Positions 23,501 through 32,372 of a DNA stretch of 64,000 nt are shown piece by piece; within the stretch, counting starts at the first letter, position 1; every line of letters starts with the position of its first letter. Made by a program: the position numbers and the translations under genes. The stretch is taken from NCBI GenBank assembly GCA_964291295.2, contig OZ219754.1, forward strand, positions 224,001 through 288,000, read 5' to 3'. This DNA comes from an uncultured Candidatus Binatia bacterium (GTDB lineage Bacteria > Desulfobacterota > Binatia > UBA9968 > JAJDTQ01). Below the pieces are notes generated by a model. It saw only the letters and a list, made by a program, of their open reading frames with translations. It was not told the DNA's origin and made no database searches.

Positions 23501-26500
23501 ACGAGGTGAAATGGCGTCTTGCGGGTCCGGGGCAGGGTTGGGGGTCGTGGGCGGCGATAGCGGGTTCGGGGGCGAATACGACGTCTCATACGGTAACGGG
23601 GCTGACCAACGGCCAGAAGTACATTTTCCGGGTTCGGGCGGTGAATGCGGGAGGGGAGGGGAAGTCTTCGCGAGCCCGCGGGGCGACGCCGATGGGCGGG
23701 GTGACGGTGGCGGTGGAGGACGCCATCGTGGTGGAGGGAGACGCGGGGCGGCGGGTGATGGAGTTTGATGTGACCCTGAGCGGGGAGCCGGTGGCGGAGG
23801 TGAAGGTGCGGGTGGCGGCGGTGGCCGGAGCGGGGAGCACGGCGGGAGCGGGGCGGGACTTTGTGCCGTTGAGCAAGACGCTGTTTTTCGATGCGTACGG
23901 GCGCGGGAGCGCGCTGATGCAGACGGTGCGTGTGGAGGTGATGGGGGACGAGGTGGCGGAGGGGGAGGAGACCTTTCTGCTGCGGCTGGACAATCTGGTG
24001 ACGGGGGACAGCCGCGTGGCGCTGGCCGGGGGCGGGGAGAAGGTCACGGCCACGGGCACCATCACGGACGATGACGCGGCGCCGGTGCTGGCGGCGTTGG
24101 CGGATGTGACGGCGAAGGTGGGTCAGGAGGTGTCGGTCACGGCCACGGCCACCGATGCGGACGGGGACACGCTCCGCTACGTCTGGAGCCGCAAGACGGG
24201 GGAGACGACGCCGGCGTTGCCGGAAGGCACGGACCTGAACGCGGCCCGGCTGGTCTTCACGCCGACCCGGGCCGGCACGATGACGATGACGGTAACCGCG
24301 GATGACGGCCACGGCAATACGGACACCGAAGAGGTGGTGGTCACGGTGGCGGCGCCCGCTCCCACGAGAATCCCGATCACCCTGAGGGTGGAGCGACGGA
24401 ACGACAAGCTGCATCTGTTCTGGACCGCGCCGGAGGATCCGGAGCGCACCGGCTGGCAGCTCCGGTACCGGTCGTTCAATGGTTGGGCACACGAGTATTT
24501 CAGGGAATGGCACGATTGGGTGACCATCGCGGATCCGTCCGCCAGAAGCCACACCCTGTCATCGGACCGATGTCACGAAGGTCAGGAATTCGAACTCCGC
24601 GCCACGACGGATGCCGGCCCCAAGAAAGAAGTAGCGAGCGCCCGGCTGTCACCGTCGGCGGACTGGCTCGTATTCCCTATCGGGGGAGGCGGTGTTCGGA
24701 GTACCCAGGAGGGAGCCCAACTCTGGTTTACAGTCATACTCAGGTCAAGCGTAATCAGGCGCATGTCGGGTCCGGTAAGAGTGATTCCCGTGCCCTACGA
24801 AGTGCTGCCAAAGGATCATCAAAGGGCTTCTTACTTCCGCGACCCGGGCCATTTTGAAAGACCTACCGACAAGGTGACCGTTCATCCGTATGGACCGAAT
24901 TATCTCGAGTTCACCCCTAAATCGGACTGGGTCAGGGCGGACGGGTCTTTTCGTTACCGTGGTCAGGTATATCGTATAAAGATGGAAGCGGATGAGGACA
25001 CTCGGGACGACTTGATAGGCATTGGGTATCGACTGGAGGGGGAGGGCCTCAATGCGTGCGATACGAAATACGGGCTTATCAGGGAAAGATTCCTGGTCCG
25101 CGACATGACGCCTACCCTGACGCTCGAAGCGAATCCCGCCGAGGTTGACAAGCACCACCATCATCACAAGCATCACAAGCACTATCGTTCTCACGGTCAC
25201 CACATTTATCACTACCACCATCATCGCGGTCACCACCATCATCGTACTGCCCATCATGGCAGTGTGGCGCACCCTGACGGTGTGAGCGAGGGGACACCGA
25301 TCACCCTGACCGTCCGTTCGGACAAGCCGGTATCGGGCGTTCTTTCGGTGAGCCTGACGCTGTCCGATCGGGATTCGAGCGGCTTCTCGGCGGCGGACAT
25401 CCCGGGGGCGCTGACGCAGACATTCAACGTGAATTTCGGCGGCGGCAAGACCGGCATCATCACGATTCCCACCAGCGTGGACGCCGACGCATCGGAAGGC
25501 GTCGAGAAGTACACGGTCACGCTGAACGATGCCACCGGCTACGCCATCGGCGAGGACGTGACGGTCCAGGGCAAGTTGCTGGATGGTCCTCCGGGCACGG
25601 GCTACCAGGGTTTCACCGGCGACACCGGTACGACGGTCGGTCTGACGCTGACGCCGACCGCGCTGACGATATCCGAAGGGGGGAGCGGCACCTACACGGT
25701 GGTGTTGAACGAGGCGCCGGCGGATACGGTCATGGTGGTGCCGGCGAGCGACAACACGGCGATTGCGACGGTTTCGGGACCGCTGACCTTCACCACCGCC
25801 AACTGGAACACCCCGCAGCCGGTGACGGTGACGGGTGTGCTGGACGATGACACGGAGGACGACACAGTGACGCTGAGCCACTCGGCCACGATGGGCAGCA
25901 ACATGAACGTGGATGTGACGGGCGGGAGCGTGACCGTGACGGTGGAGGACACGACGGGCATGCATACCAACAAGGTCCACCGAGCGGTGCTGCCGCAGGT
26001 GGCGGCGGCAATGGCGTCGCAGTCGCTGGGTGCGGTGGCGGGTCGCATCCAGGCGGTGGCGTCGGGGAAGGCGGGCCGGTCGCTGCGTTTCGGTGTGGCC
26101 CAGGCGGCGCCCGGTGCGAAGGAGGGGGCGGACGGCGTGTGGCTGGAGGAGCAGCGGAGAGCGTGGCTGCGCGGGATGCTGGAGGATGAGTGGGGTTCGG
26201 GCCGGGGTTCGAGCCTGCGCGGGATGTTGGAGAAGGAGGCGGAGAATCCGGACCTGCGGGACATGCTGGACGGGGCGGCGTTCGCGCTGCCGATGGGCGC
26301 ATCCGGGATGAGCGGGGGGAGCGTTCCGAGGGTGGCGGTGTGGGGTCGGGGTGACCTGGACTCGCTGTCGGGTTCGGAGGAGGACGTTTCGTGGGACGGG
26401 GAGGTGTGGTCGGCGCATCTGGGAACGGACGTGCGGCTGCGTGCGGACGTGCTGGCGGGGGTGGCGTTGTCGCATTCCCGCGGGGAGTTGGACACGGAGG

Positions 26501-27456
26501 TGGACGACGCGGGGGGCAACCGTGTGAAGGGAGTGTACAAGACGGAGTTGACGGCGGTGCATCCCTATGCGGCGTGGCTGAGCGGAGACGGATCGAACCT
26601 GTGGGCGAGCGCGGGGTACGGCGAGGGCGAGGTGGGCGTGGAGGAGGCGGAGCGGGCGGACCGTGAAGTGGAGATGAAGCTGACGAGTGCGGCGGCGGGC
26701 GGGCGCGGCGTGCTGAGCGAGGATGGGGAGTGGATTGCGGGCGGGGTGACGCGGGTGGCGGTACGTGGGGAGGGGTCGATGGTGCGGGTGAAGACGGAAG
26801 CGGGATCGGGTCTGGAGGCGCTTTCGGTGGATGCGAGCCGGCTGCGCCTGGCGCTGGAGGGATCGTATGAGCGTGCGCTGGAGGGGGGCGGGACGGTGAC
26901 GCCGGCGCTGGAGGTGGGGATGCGGCACGACAGCGGGGATGTGGAAAAAGGGGTGGGAGCGGAAGTGGGGGCGAGCGTGAGTTGGCGCGAGCCGGGGATG
27001 GGGCTGACGGTGGAGTTGCGCACGCGGGCGCTGGTGGCGCACGAGCGGGACCGGGAGGAATGGGGAGTGGGCGGCATGGTGCAACTGGATCCGGGATCGG
27101 ACGGGAGCGGGCTGTTCCTGACATTGACGCCGGCATACGGGGTCACCGCGACGGATCTGGATGGGCTGTTCGACCGCACGCCGGGCACGTCCTTTCTGAC
27201 GGGGAGCGGAGCAGAGGCGGAGAGTCAGCTGGATGCGGAGGTGGGCTACGGCTTCGGGGTGTTGGGGTCGGGGCCGATGGCGTTGCTGAGCCCGTATGTC
27301 GGGTTCACGCTGGCGGAGCGGGGTGAAGGGAGCGTGCGCGTGGGCACGCGCTACACCATCGCTCCGGCATTCGAGCTTTCGTTTGAGGGCGAGCGCAGCC
27401 AGGACGGCGGCTCCGCCGATAACAGCCTGGAGGTGCGGGTCTCGCTGCGCTGGTGA
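20563..27456 (+). CDS. Giant autotransporter adhesin with Calx-beta/Fn3/Ig-like passenger and His-rich insert
   Basis: Signal peptide, Fn3 motifs (LSW...Y.YR...FQVQSYN..G.S, GLTNGQKYIFRVRAVN), Calx-beta (VEGD...GDEVAEGEETF.L.L...ATGTITDDD), and a beta-barrel ending in W. Start uncertain (20482 or 20563, both with SD). Confidence 0.85.
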   Translation: MGLGKGLRGIMRGFLGLLAGVVMVGGMGETAGGQVLPELSFTGAFPVSGDPGTNECPRGEELESSTDKVWEGGWLALRVERAATRREAARIEVDFEIVGGSQAGRADLGTGGNLRNVGILFYESVITAPTRHCHYVQILKDKKLEGNERLTLRLRPKGSVYTVKAGKDRRDIEIGEAGAGIRLRYQDLGVLGGGTTGRGFVLRLEAGVASGAGNACTFERDRSFSRTVKVGWRVWDGGRGDLRGASLGDFNLPTRVTFRSGVAVVEGSARADGDRESEDFWMELDYKYRDRVNHPYPVVHCESAADARRWGLTRSFFGPVGVIAPVPGAPAKPLGLTAGAVEDRVNLSWRAATDGTIKGWRYRLRAKGLRSWGSGVEMRGSVAGTRAHAVDGSSWWDGIATEFQVQSYNDGGSSPWSDTAVAVAVNRDRPALVISKGRVSVEEGETASWTVALNGGVGGSVTLASSASGTARVSPAVLTFTSENARVPQTVRVTGVTAGEAEVRHAFTLPGATAAAVTDAGRVAVTVTAAAVPLRAPAKPTDLSAKAVEDEVGLSWKAATDATIQGWRYRYRMFDYWYSATDFPGKTTASTRSGSVSFAAFLEGITLEFQVQSYNEAGSSPWSNTAKTAVVNSDRPALLISERRVSVEEGETASWTVAVNGTFDGSVTLVSSDSGKARVSPSVLYFAHATAQTPQTVTVTGVTAGEAEVSHAFRVDGASVPVASGAKDRVAVTVTAAAVPLRAPAKPTDLSAKAVEDEVGLSWKAATDATIQGWRYRYRMFDYWYSATDFPGKTTASTRSGSVSFAAFLEGITLEFQVQSYNEAGSSPWSNTAKTAVVNSDRPALLISERRVSVEEGETASWTVAVNGTFDGSVTLVSSDSGKARVSPSVLYFAHATAQTPQTVTVTGVTAGEAEVSHAFRVDGASVPVASGAKDRVAVTVTAAPVPETPSAPKGFRARPGDEAVTLSWAASGDGSIRKYEVKWRLAGPGQGWGSWAAIAGSGANTTSHTVTGLTNGQKYIFRVRAVNAGGEGKSSRARGATPMGGVTVAVEDAIVVEGDAGRRVMEFDVTLSGEPVAEVKVRVAAVAGAGSTAGAGRDFVPLSKTLFFDAYGRGSALMQTVRVEVMGDEVAEGEETFLLRLDNLVTGDSRVALAGGGEKVTATGTITDDDAAPVLAALADVTAKVGQEVSVTATATDADGDTLRYVWSRKTGETTPALPEGTDLNAARLVFTPTRAGTMTMTVTADDGHGNTDTEEVVVTVAAPAPTRIPITLRVERRNDKLHLFWTAPEDPERTGWQLRYRSFNGWAHEYFREWHDWVTIADPSARSHTLSSDRCHEGQEFELRATTDAGPKKEVASARLSPSADWLVFPIGGGGVRSTQEGAQLWFTVILRSSVIRRMSGPVRVIPVPYEVLPKDHQRASYFRDPGHFERPTDKVTVHPYGPNYLEFTPKSDWVRADGSFRYRGQVYRIKMEADEDTRDDLIGIGYRLEGEGLNACDTKYGLIRERFLVRDMTPTLTLEANPAEVDKHHHHHKHHKHYRSHGHHIYHYHHHRGHHHHRTAHHGSVAHPDGVSEGTPITLTVRSDKPVSGVLSVSLTLSDRDSSGFSAADIPGALTQTFNVNFGGGKTGIITIPTSVDADASEGVEKYTVTLNDATGYAIGEDVTVQGKLLDGPPGTGYQGFTGDTGTTVGLTLTPTALTISEGGSGTYTVVLNEAPADTVMVVPASDNTAIATVSGPLTFTTANWNTPQPVTVTGVLDDDTEDDTVTLSHSATMGSNMNVDVTGGSVTVTVEDTTGMHTNKVHRAVLPQVAAAMASQSLGAVAGRIQAVASGKAGRSLRFGVAQAAPGAKEGADGVWLEEQRRAWLRGMLEDEWGSGRGSSLRGMLEKEAENPDLRDMLDGAAFALPMGASGMSGGSVPRVAVWGRGDLDSLSGSEEDVSWDGEVWSAHLGTDVRLRADVLAGVALSHSRGELDTEVDDAGGNRVKGVYKTELTAVHPYAAWLSGDGSNLWASAGYGEGEVGVEEAERADREVEMKLTSAAAGGRGVLSEDGEWIAGGVTRVAVRGEGSMVRVKTEAGSGLEALSVDASRLRLALEGSYERALEGGGTVTPALEVGMRHDSGDVEKGVGAEVGASVSWREPGMGLTVELRTRALVAHERDREEWGVGGMVQLDPGSDGSGLFLTLTPAYGVTATDLDGLFDRTPGTSFLTGSGAEAESQLDAEVGYGFGVLGSGPMALLSPYVGFTLAERGEGSVRVGTRYTIAPAFELSFEGERSQDGGSADNSLEVRVSLRW
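22126..23393. repeat. Tandem duplication, 2 x 621 bp (207-aa Fn3+Ig module)
   Basis: Copies start at 22126 and 22747; one synonymous difference seen (GTG/GTA near 23220). A more diverged third copy lies at about 21545-22125. Confidence 0.95.
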
Positions 27457-27880
27457 CGCCCGCACCAGGGAAAGGCTTCGGGGGGAGGGCTTCGGGGATG
27501 GTTCCTCCGCGGGACCGTCCCCTGTCTCCGAAGTGCCGCATGCGCGCACCGGGAGACGACGAGACCGGCAACCCTCCGTTGTCGGCCTCGAATGGCCAGG
27601 ATCGGACGCGCCGGCTCCTGCGTCGGCCGCCGTACCTGCCATCCCCCGCCACACCTCCCCGGATCTCGTGTGCCGGCTGTCCTGCGGTGCTCGTGTCCGG
27701 TCATGGACCATCCCCTCGGTGACCGTCAACCTGGACCCCCTGTCCGCTGCCACATCTCGCTCCCCGACACCGGGGCCGCCTTGACAGGAGAACTGCGGAT
27801 TGGTACCTGTTCCTGCTGCCCGGGTTTCCTCGAACAAGGATCGTTACTCGGTTTTCCGGCGACGTCACCGGACGGTCTGC

Positions 27881-28534
27881 ATGCCGCGAAAGGACTCACG
27901 CAAGAACATGGCAGGGGCGGAAGCACACCAGAGCAAGCTCTATTCGGACTTGGCGCCCCTGTACGACAAGACATTCGCGAAGTTCTTCTACTCTCGCGAA
28001 CGGTCGGTGATCCATGACCTGAACCTGCCGTCCGACACCCAGATCCTCGAAGTCGGCGTCGGCACCGGCACGTCGTTCCCGGCCTACCCGCGGGACTGCC
28101 ATGTCATCGGCATCGACCAGGCCCCCCTGATGCTCGCCCGTGCTCGCGAGAAGATCGCGGAGAACAACTGGCACCACCTCGAGGTCCGGGAGATGGACGC
28201 CCTGGATCTCGCCTTCTCCGACAACGCCTTCGACTGTGTGACAGCATTCCACGTGGTTTCCGTGGTGCCCGACCCTGTCCGCATGATGGCCGAGATGAAG
28301 CGCGTCTGCCGTCCCGGCGGAACCGTCGCCATCGTCAACCACTTCACCACCGAGTCCCCCTTCTGGGGCGCGCTCACGAGATCCCTTGATCCCGTCACCC
28401 GGCGGCTTGGCTGGAGCACCAACCTGAAGCTCAGACCGTTTCTTGAAGCGACCGGGTTCACCCGGTGCAGGCATTACCGGTATTCCCGCTTCTCGCTGTA
28501 TACCGTGGTGGTGGGGACCAACGACCAGGAATAG
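27881..28534 (+). CDS. Class I SAM methyltransferase, phosphatidylethanolamine N-methyltransferase (PmtA)-like
   Basis: ILEVGVGTG, VVSVVPDP...EMKRVCRPGG.VAIVNHF. Start 27881 or 27908. Confidence 0.78.
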   Translation: MPRKDSRKNMAGAEAHQSKLYSDLAPLYDKTFAKFFYSRERSVIHDLNLPSDTQILEVGVGTGTSFPAYPRDCHVIGIDQAPLMLARAREKIAENNWHHLEVREMDALDLAFSDNAFDCVTAFHVVSVVPDPVRMMAEMKRVCRPGGTVAIVNHFTTESPFWGALTRSLDPVTRRLGWSTNLKLRPFLEATGFTRCRHYRYSRFSLYTVVVGTNDQE

Positions 28535-28629
28535 CCGGCGGCGCGTGTCGGAGACAGGGTGTCGGGGACAGGATGGCCAGGCGCGGCTTCCCCGGGAGTC
28601 CCCATCCGCTGCGTGATCTTCGAAGCCGA

Positions 28630-29316
28630 TCAGCGCGTGCCCGATGATGCCGGCAGGGGCGGATTCACGAGCACGCTCTCTTCACCGACGCCCGCGCCAT
28701 CCTCCCTCGTCACGCGCACCTTCCGGCCCTCAATGGCCAGTCGGCCCTCGCTGTAGAGCTGAATGGCGCGCGGGTAGATGCGGTGCTCCTGGACCAGAAT
28801 CCGTTGCGCCAGGGTCTCCCCGGTGTCATCGGGCAGCACCGGGACCACCGCCTGGATGATGATCGGGCCTTCATCACAGCCTTCGGTGACGAAGTGAACC
28901 GTGCAGCCGGAGAAGCGCACTCCGCATTCGACCGCCTGCTGCTGGCCGTGGAGACCGGCGAAGGACGGCGACAGCGCGGGGTGAACGTTCATGATGCGGT
29001 CGGGGAAGCTCTTGATGAAGAATGGCGACAGGAGCCGCATGAATCCGGCCAGCACCACGAGATCCACGCCCTGCCCGTTCAGATGCTCCACCACGACACG
29101 GTCGTAGGCCTCCCTGGAGGGATGGCCGCGATGGTCCATGACCGTGGCGCGGATATCGTGGGCGCGGGCGCGGACAAGCCCGTGGGCGTTATCGCGGTTG
29201 CTGACGACGGTGCGGATTTCCGCGTCCAGGCGACCCTCCTCGATGGCGTCGATGATGGCCTGGAGGTTGCTGCCTTCGCCCGAGAGCAGCACGCCGATGG
29301 GGAGCCTGCGGTTCAT
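28630..29316 (-). CDS. purN: Phosphoribosylglycinamide formyltransferase
   Basis: SGEGSNLQA, LAGFMRLL, NVHP and GCTVHFV...DEGPII. Confidence 0.96.
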   Translation of the reverse strand: MNRRLPIGVLLSGEGSNLQAIIDAIEEGRLDAEIRTVVSNRDNAHGLVRARAHDIRATVMDHRGHPSREAYDRVVVEHLNGQGVDLVVLAGFMRLLSPFFIKSFPDRIMNVHPALSPSFAGLHGQQQAVECGVRFSGCTVHFVTEGCDEGPIIIQAVVPVLPDDTGETLAQRILVQEHRIYPRAIQLYSEGRLAIEGRKVRVTREDGAGVGEESVLVNPPLPASSGTR

Positions 29317-30347
29317 GAGATGAAGGAGACGCCGCGCCGGCCCTTGCGCACCTCGCCAATGACAGCGCAGGATTCGCGGCGCCGGCGCAACGCCCGCTCG
29401 ACGCCAGGCGCGTCAGCCGCGCCCACCACGAGCGCCATGCCGATGCCGTTGTTGAAGGTGCGGTCCATCTCGGCCTGGGCCACCCCTCCCAGCCGCGCGA
29501 CAAGATCGAATATCGGGGGAGCCGACCAGCTTCCCCGCCGGATCCACGCGCGCAACCCGGGCGGCATCACCCGGGGCAGGTTCTCCACCAGGCCGCCGCC
29601 GGTGATGTGGGCAATGCCCTTGATGCCGTGCCGCGCGGTCAGGCTGCGGATCAATCCGGCATAGATCCGGGTGGGCTCCAACAACTCGTCCGCCAGCGGA
29701 CGACCCAACTCCGCCACCCGGGACTTCAGCTTGAGCTTCGCGGTTTCCAGCAGAACCTTCAAGGCCAGCGCATAGCCGTTGCTGTGGAGCCCGCTGGACG
29801 CCAGGCCGATGATCACGTCCCCGGCGCACACCGCGCGAGGGTCGGGTATGCGATCCTTCTCGACGATGCCGACGCTGAACCCCGCCAGGTCGTACTCGCC
29901 GTCCTGGTAGAAGAACGGCATTTCCGCGGTCTCTCCGCCCAGCAGCGCGCAGCCCGCCCGCCGGCAGCCCTCCGCGACTCCGGCCACCACCGCCCTGAAG
30001 GTGGCGGGTTCCAGCTTGCCGGCGGCAAAGTAGTCCAGGAAGAAAAGCGGCTCCGCCGCCTGAGTGACAACGTCGTTGACGCCCATGGCCACGAGATCGA
30101 TGCCCACGGTGTCATGGCGACCGGCCATGAAGGCGACCTTGAGCTTGGTGCCGACTCCATCGGTGGACGACACCAGCACGGGCCGGCGGCGGCGGACACG
30201 CGTGAGGTCGAAGAGCCCGCCGAACCCGCCCAGGCCTCCCATGACCCCGGGCCGGGCGGTCGTGTGCGCCCGGGATGCGATGGAGCGGACCAGCCGGTTG
30301 GCCGCTTCCACGTCCACACCGGCGTCCTTGTAGGTGAGTTGCGCCAT
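29313..30347 (-). CDS. purM: AIR synthase
   Basis: YKDAGVD, TDGVGTK, GGETAEMP, SSGLHSNG and HITGGG. Confidence 0.97.
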   Translation of the reverse strand: MAQLTYKDAGVDVEAANRLVRSIASRAHTTARPGVMGGLGGFGGLFDLTRVRRRRPVLVSSTDGVGTKLKVAFMAGRHDTVGIDLVAMGVNDVVTQAAEPLFFLDYFAAGKLEPATFRAVVAGVAEGCRRAGCALLGGETAEMPFFYQDGEYDLAGFSVGIVEKDRIPDPRAVCAGDVIIGLASSGLHSNGYALALKVLLETAKLKLKSRVAELGRPLADELLEPTRIYAGLIRSLTARHGIKGIAHITGGGLVENLPRVMPPGLRAWIRRGSWSAPPIFDLVARLGGVAQAEMDRTFNNGIGMALVVGAADAPGVERALRRRRESCAVIGEVRKGRRGVSFIS

Positions 30348-30369
30348 GGGTGACCGGCTGGACCGGGAT

Positions 30370-31068
30370 CTATTGCGACCCTTGCCCCAGGAGCATCTCC
30401 AGGGCGCACTGGGCGGCCTCCTGCTCCGACTGTTTCTTGCTCCGGCCCCTTCCCCGGCCTGCCAGACTGCCGGCGACGCGGATCTCCGTCTCGAAGTAGC
30501 GCTCGTGGCTGGGACCGGATTCCTGCACCAGGCGGTAGGTGGGCGGGACGCGGTAGAGACGTTGCGTCAGTTCCTGAAGACGGGTCTTGTAATCGTCCAG
30601 GCCGAGGCCGCTCTGTTCCAGGTCGGCGATGAAATGGCCCTTCACCACCGGCCTCACGGCGTCATATCCGGCCTCCCAGTAGATGCCGCCCAGAAGCGCC
30701 TCGAAGGATGCGGCCAGGATCGACTCCTTGTGACGGCCACCGGTGCGCTCCTCCCCCTTCCCCACCCGCAGCAACGAGCCGACACGCATCTGGCGCGCCT
30801 TTTCCGCCAGCACCCGCCGGTTCACCAGCGAGGCGCGCATACGCGAGAGATCGCCCTCGTTCCGTTCCGGGAACCGGCGCATGAGCAGGTCGCTGATGGC
30901 CAGGTTCAGCACCGCGTCGCCCAGGAACTCGAGGGATTCGTTGTGCACGTCCATGCCGCCGCCGCAGGAGACGTGCGTCAGGCAGCGGTTCAGGAGCAAC
31001 GGATCCCTGAAGCGGTAGCCGAGAGCATCCTGGAGGTGCTCGATCCCGGAGGCATCCGCCGTCAGCAT
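30370..31068 (-). CDS. rnc: Ribonuclease III
   Basis: NESLEFLGDAVL, FEALLGG and C-terminal dsRBD (DYKTRLQE, SKKQSEQEAA). Confidence 0.94.
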   Translation of the reverse strand: MLTADASGIEHLQDALGYRFRDPLLLNRCLTHVSCGGGMDVHNESLEFLGDAVLNLAISDLLMRRFPERNEGDLSRMRASLVNRRVLAEKARQMRVGSLLRVGKGEERTGGRHKESILAASFEALLGGIYWEAGYDAVRPVVKGHFIADLEQSGLGLDDYKTRLQELTQRLYRVPPTYRLVQESGPSHERYFETEIRVAGSLAGRGRGRSKKQSEQEAAQCALEMLLGQGSQ

Positions 31069-32366
31069 TCGACTTCTCCCCAGAGGCGCCCACCGGACCA
31101 CTCCCGGACCCTGGCGCGGACTTCGCGGCGGACCAGATCGCCGCCGCCTGCCAGGGCCACCGGCAGATAGTTGCGGCTGTAGCCCTTGAACACACCCGCT
31201 TCACCGGCCACGGGCTCTTCCACCAGCACCGACACCCGGCGTCCGATCTCGCTCCGGTAGAAGTCGAGCTTCTTCCGGATGCCGAGATCCCGCACCCGGT
31301 GCGAGCGTTCCTTCTTCTCGGCCGGCGGAACCGGGTCGGGCATGTCCGCCGCCAGGGTCCCCCGGCGGGAGGAGTAGGGGAACACGTGGAAGTAGCTCAG
31401 CGGCAATCCCGCAAGGTAATCCAGGGAAGAGCCGAAGGCGGCCTCCGTCTCCCCCGGGAACCCCACGATGACATCCGTTCCCAACGCCGCCCGGGGCAGT
31501 CTTTCCCGCGCCCGCGCCATCAGCCGGGCGAAGAAGGCGGTGTCGTAGTTGCGGCGCATCTTCCTGAGGATGCCGTCCTCACCCGACTGGATGCACACGT
31601 GCAGGTGCGGGCAGACCACCTCCGAGTCGGCCATCACCGCCAGCAGTTCGCCGGTCACCTCCCGCGGGTCCAGGGAACTCAGGCGCAGGCGGCGAATCAA
31701 CCCGCTCTCGGCAATCGTCCGCACCAGCGCGCTCAGGGAGACCCGGGGCGCGAGATCGTGGCCGTAGCCCCCCAGGTGGATGCCGGTGACGACCACCTCG
31801 GAGAAGCCGGCCTCCGCAAGGTCGCGCACCTGCTCAAGGACACGCTCCGGCGGCACGCTGCGGCTGCGCCCCCGGGCGGTGGGGATGATGCAGTAACTGC
31901 AGGCGAAGTTGCACCCTTCCTGGACCTTGAGGAACGCCCGGGTGCGGCCGAGGAAACGCCGCGCCCCGAGAACGCCCACGCCGCGCTCCTCCCGCGGGTT
32001 CCCCACCGACACCGCCGGCCCGGCTCCCGCGCCCACCACGTAACGCACCAATGCGTCCAGGCGGTTGAGGCCGACCACGAAGTCGACGCCGGGGAGCCGC
32101 GACACCTCCTCGGGGCTCACCTGCGCATAGCAGCCGGTGATCAGCACCCGCGCCCGCGGGCTGCGTCTCCTGGCCTTGCGCACGAGTTGCCGCGCATCCC
32201 AGTCCGCCCGGTCCGTCACCGTGCAGGTATTGACGACGTAGACGTCGGCCGGCTCCTCGAAAGGCACGAGGGAGCAGGACTCCCGGGCCAGACGTTCCTG
32301 GATCACCGCGGAGTCGTACTGGTTGACCTTGCAACCGAGTGTCTTGATGGCGACGCGCATGGCCAT
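31062..32366 (-). CDS. mtaB: tRNA t6A37 methylthiotransferase
   Basis: TLGCKVNQYD, NTCTVT, CNFACSYC and HVFPYS. Confidence 0.93.
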   Translation of the reverse strand: MAMRVAIKTLGCKVNQYDSAVIQERLARESCSLVPFEEPADVYVVNTCTVTDRADWDARQLVRKARRRSPRARVLITGCYAQVSPEEVSRLPGVDFVVGLNRLDALVRYVVGAGAGPAVSVGNPREERGVGVLGARRFLGRTRAFLKVQEGCNFACSYCIIPTARGRSRSVPPERVLEQVRDLAEAGFSEVVVTGIHLGGYGHDLAPRVSLSALVRTIAESGLIRRLRLSSLDPREVTGELLAVMADSEVVCPHLHVCIQSGEDGILRKMRRNYDTAFFARLMARARERLPRAALGTDVIVGFPGETEAAFGSSLDYLAGLPLSYFHVFPYSSRRGTLAADMPDPVPPAEKKERSHRVRDLGIRKKLDFYRSEIGRRVSVLVEEPVAGEAGVFKGYSRNYLPVALAGGGDLVRREVRARVREWSGGRLWGEVEC

Positions 32367-32372
32367 CCGTGG

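Noticed and set aside
30920-30945. RNase III signature NESLEFLGD instead of NERLEFLGD as inactivation
   Set aside because: The signature acidic residues (E, D) are retained; insufficient evidence of loss of function.
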